From an uncultured Candidatus Bathyarchaeia archaeon (lineage in GTDB: Archaea > Thermoproteota > Bathyarchaeia > Bathyarchaeales > Bathyarchaeaceae): a stretch of 24,000 nt of DNA. A program made the position numbers and the translations under genes. The notes under the pieces are model-generated. The model ran no database searches and had not been told where the DNA came from. It was given only the letters and a program-made list of their open reading frames with translations. Shown piece by piece: positions 21,526 to 24,000 of the stretch (its first letter is position 1; every line of letters begins with the position of its first letter). The stretch spans positions 117,741 through 141,740 of the forward strand of contig CAZZLD010000005.1 in the NCBI GenBank assembly GCA_964655075.1, read 5' to 3'.

Positions 21526-22541
21526 TGCACAACATCCGAATTTTCTCTAAGCTTATATTCGTCTTCGGCATTGGCTACGCGTTTATATGGGCGCTGTCCA
21601 TCCTTATCTTAATTCCATATTATTCTTCTGCGGAGTTCAGCTACGCGCCCTACGCCGGTCTTCCGTTCATGGCGGCAATGGCCTCCGAGTTGAGTGAGCA
21701 TTATATACCATTGCCCGTGTTTTTCATCGCTTTAGCGTTCTTGTTCCCTTTGGTCTCGATTTTCACTCTTTTCTCCACCTGGACACTTCGTAAGATTTCA
21801 GAGACGGCTTCTAGAAGTAGGTTCATTTCTCAACCGTTATATATCATAGCTATCATGCTGGCTTTGGCTAGCTTTGTCCCTATGGTTTGGGTCCTGAGAG
21901 AACTTGTGGTTATTGAGGGGCCCGTTGTTCAAAATTGGCTCGCAAATGCGATGCCGCTCCTAGCCTCTTACATTCAAGCGGGTCAAGGATTTGTGAACTC
22001 CATTGTCACCGCTTCTAAGAGTTGGATGGCGACATATGGACCGATTGGTTTGTTCACGGCTATGATAGTCTCTTCGATAATCTCTCCGATACCAAACGAA
22101 GTCATCTTGGCCTTTGCGGGCATGACCATGAGCCCAATGAGTGTGGCAGCCTTTGGTGCCTTAGGCTCAACTGTGGGCGGCGTGCTCTGCTTCTACATCG
22201 CAAGGTTGGGAGGAAGACCGTTAGCAGAGAAGTTCGTGAAGAAAAGCACCATAGCCTCAATGGATGGATGGTTCCAGCGATGGGGTTCATGGGCAATAAT
22301 ACTCGGAAGGCTTGTCCCTTTCATTCCCTTTGATGCAATTTCATACCTCTCAGGTTTAACCAAGGTTAGAATTGAAAGGTTCGCTTTTCTCACGTTTCTA
22401 GGCTCAGTGCCGAGATGCCTATTCTACGCTTATGTAGGAGAACTGATTGCTGAGTATAACCTTCCCATTCTGATTGTCCTTTTTGTGATCATGCTGACGG
22501 CCTTTTTGTTCTTCAAAATTAAAAAAAAGAGAAACACATAG
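21525..22541 (+). CDS. DedA/VTT (SNARE-associated, TVP38/TMEM64-like) family membrane protein with an extra N-terminal polytopic region
   Basis: The C-terminal half 'SSIISPIPNEVILAFAGM...GSTVGGVLCFYIARLGGRPL...ILGRLVPFIPFDAISYLSGLT' matches the VTT-domain pattern. About 170 aa of additional TM helices lie at the N-terminus. Confidence 0.85.
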   Translation: MHNIRIFSKLIFVFGIGYAFIWALSILILIPYYSSAEFSYAPYAGLPFMAAMASELSEHYIPLPVFFIALAFLFPLVSIFTLFSTWTLRKISETASRSRFISQPLYIIAIMLALASFVPMVWVLRELVVIEGPVVQNWLANAMPLLASYIQAGQGFVNSIVTASKSWMATYGPIGLFTAMIVSSIISPIPNEVILAFAGMTMSPMSVAAFGALGSTVGGVLCFYIARLGGRPLAEKFVKKSTIASMDGWFQRWGSWAIILGRLVPFIPFDAISYLSGLTKVRIERFAFLTFLGSVPRCLFYAYVGELIAEYNLPILIVLFVIMLTAFLFFKIKKKRNT

Positions 22542-22574
22542 TGAATCGTTTCAACTTTTTCAAGGAGCAATATC

Positions 22575-23270
22575 ATGATAAGTCAGATGCAGGGAGAAAG
22601 TATTCCTAGACCTCGCCTAGAACTAAGGGAGATTCTCCTTGCAACTCTCGTCATAGGTGTAGGTGTCCTTTTTGAGTACATTGATGAAGTGGTATTGAGC
22701 AAAAGTGTGCCTTCAGGCCCTGACACGTTTCCACCTTGGATTACGCGCTGGGATGCTTCCTTGCTCCTGTACATCAACCCTGCGCTCATTAACCCTATTC
22801 TTAGCATCTTACTTGGCTTGATAACGCACATAGGTAGCACGCTTGCAATCGTGGTGCTGTGCGTCGTATTCTATTTCTTAGGTTACAAAAGAGAAGCTGT
22901 ATTGATCTTCACAACTATTGCATTAGGAACTCTTATAGCGTTTCCTTTAAAGGTGCTTATTATACGACCTAGACCATATTCAACGCTATCGACGGTGGTC
23001 GCTCTTGAACATGATGCAGGCTCAAGTTTTCCCAGCGGGCACTCAGAGAGAATCTTCGCCCTTGCAGCTGTTCTTTCAAGGAAAAAATGCAAAACAGCGT
23101 TGCTCTTATATCTTCTGGCTGTAGCTGTTGCCTTCAGCAGGGTGTATTTGGGGGTTCATTACCCTTTAGACGTTTTTGTTGGAAGTTTAATAGGCTGGGC
23201 TGTTGGCAAGGTCACCCTGCGATATGAGAAAAAAGTGTTTGAAGTAGCTTCTCACTTCGTCAGACTATGA
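22575..23270 (+). CDS. PAP2-superfamily lipid phosphatase (polyprenyl-diphosphate/phosphatidate phosphatase-like)
   Basis: All three PAP2 motifs are present: 'KVLIIRPRP' (KxxxxxxRP), 'PSGHS' and 'SRVYLGVHYPLDV' (SRxxxxxHxxxD). ATG is preceded by AAGGAG. Confidence 0.92.
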   Translation: MISQMQGESIPRPRLELREILLATLVIGVGVLFEYIDEVVLSKSVPSGPDTFPPWITRWDASLLLYINPALINPILSILLGLITHIGSTLAIVVLCVVFYFLGYKREAVLIFTTIALGTLIAFPLKVLIIRPRPYSTLSTVVALEHDAGSSFPSGHSERIFALAAVLSRKKCKTALLLYLLAVAVAFSRVYLGVHYPLDVFVGSLIGWAVGKVTLRYEKKVFEVASHFVRL

Positions 23271-23396
23271 CCCGCGCGCTGAATAACGCCGGGAAATAGA
23301 TCCAAACCTTAGTTTAAGTCCTTGTTTTTTGACGACTCTATAAAGATACGCACGCACGAAAAAAGTCGAATGAGAGTGGCGTTGTTAATGCGCCAT

Positions 23397-24000
23397 TTAG
23401 CTTTTTGACGTGTTGATATCTCTTATCCGTGTGAGTATTAAGGTGGCTGAAATGAATGCTGGAATTGACGCTAAGAATGGGATAATCTGTCCCCAGCTAT
23501 TATACAGATACCCACCTAATATTTGGGCGGGAATTGCAGTGATTAGGGAAAAAAAGCCGAATAACGCCATCAGCCTCCCCCGCATCTCTTGCGGTGAAAG
23601 GTCAGCTTGGAGAGCGGTCAAAGAAGGCCCAAGTAGCGCGGTGCTTGCGCCACCTAGAGCGCTCCAAGCTACAAAGTCATCCGTACCCTTTGATCTTACG
23701 AATATCAGCTGGTTCAAGGGAATTGAAAGCGAGGCGTAAATCGCGCTTTTCCTGAGACCGACCTTTTCAACGATCTGCGTAGCGGGTAGAAGAAGCAACA
23801 CGCTTATCAGCCCTGCCAAATTTGTGAGGAGACCATAGGATTCAGGCTGTAATCTTAATGCATCGATCAAGTAGAGTGATGTGTACGGCACAGTCATTCC
23901 GGTTCCTATGCTGGCCAGAATGGAATAGATAAGAAGTTTTTTAACCCCATTGCTGGCGTTTTTCAGGACGTAAGTAGTGTTCTTTATAAAATCTGAGGTG
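23397..24000 (-). CDS. MFS-type transporter, C-terminal half (gene continues beyond the window end)
   Basis: Six-TM-like hydrophobic pattern with 'LSPQEMRGRLMALFGF'. The reading frame stays open from 23897 to 24000 with no stop. Confidence 0.75.
   Translation of the reverse strand, partial: TSDFIKNTTYVLKNASNGVKKLLIYSILASIGTGMTVPYTSLYLIDALRLQPESYGLLTNLAGLISVLLLLPATQIVEKVGLRKSAIYASLSIPLNQLIFVRSKGTDDFVAWSALGGASTALLGPSLTALQADLSPQEMRGRLMALFGFFSLITAIPAQILGGYLYNSWGQIIPFLASIPAFISATLILTRIRDINTSKS

Noticed and set aside
1-24000. Window-wide scan for tRNA T-loop signatures (GGTTCRAATCC or its complement), rRNA, CRISPR-like regularly spaced repeats, IS inverted repeats, and transposase or integrase genes
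   Set aside because: None was found by eye. The only TTCGAA-containing sites lie inside coding frames and lack flanking tRNA stems. A proper tRNAscan/Infernal/repeat search was not possible.

Overview
This looks like an archaeal chromosomal segment. It carries an archaeal/eukaryal-type TrpRS, a MetRS with a C-terminal tRNA-binding domain, a type-2 methionine aminopeptidase, an aRF1-family protein, an archaeal MiaB-like (e-MtaB/CDKAL1-type) methylthiotransferase, and FtsZ preceded by a CdrS-like ribbon-helix-helix gene. Genes are densely packed on both strands. Many have GGAGG-type Shine-Dalgarno motifs, GTG/TTG starts and 1-17 nt overlaps with neighbours. I recognised no rRNA, tRNA, CRISPR array, transposase or integrase. 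Several poorly characterised cassettes sit between the housekeeping genes. (1) The aRF1-family gene has non-canonical residues at all three hallmark motifs (NIKS -> VMKS, YxCxxxF -> YxVxxxF, GGQ -> GGE), so it is probably a release-inactive paralog. (2) An AT-rich three-gene minus-strand cassette encodes a PH/GRAM-like protein, a zinc-ribbon protein and a helical-domain transglutaminase-like cysteine protease. (3) A tightly overlapping operon encodes a tandem-wHTH regulator, a small membrane protein, a 69-aa ORF, a DedA/VTT protein and a PAP2 phosphatase, with a PepSY gene just upstream. (4) A DUF1512-like membrane protein is paired with a membrane-anchored zinc ribbon. (5) Several small genes are absent from the ORF track: two RHH proteins (one CdrS-like, overlapping the ftsZ start), a Lys/Gly/Val-repeat basic mini-protein, a Cys-containing 42-aa ORF and a DUF488/YeaO C-terminal remnant. 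All family calls come from by-eye motif recognition. No database search, HMM or structure prediction was run, and many start codons are ambiguous.
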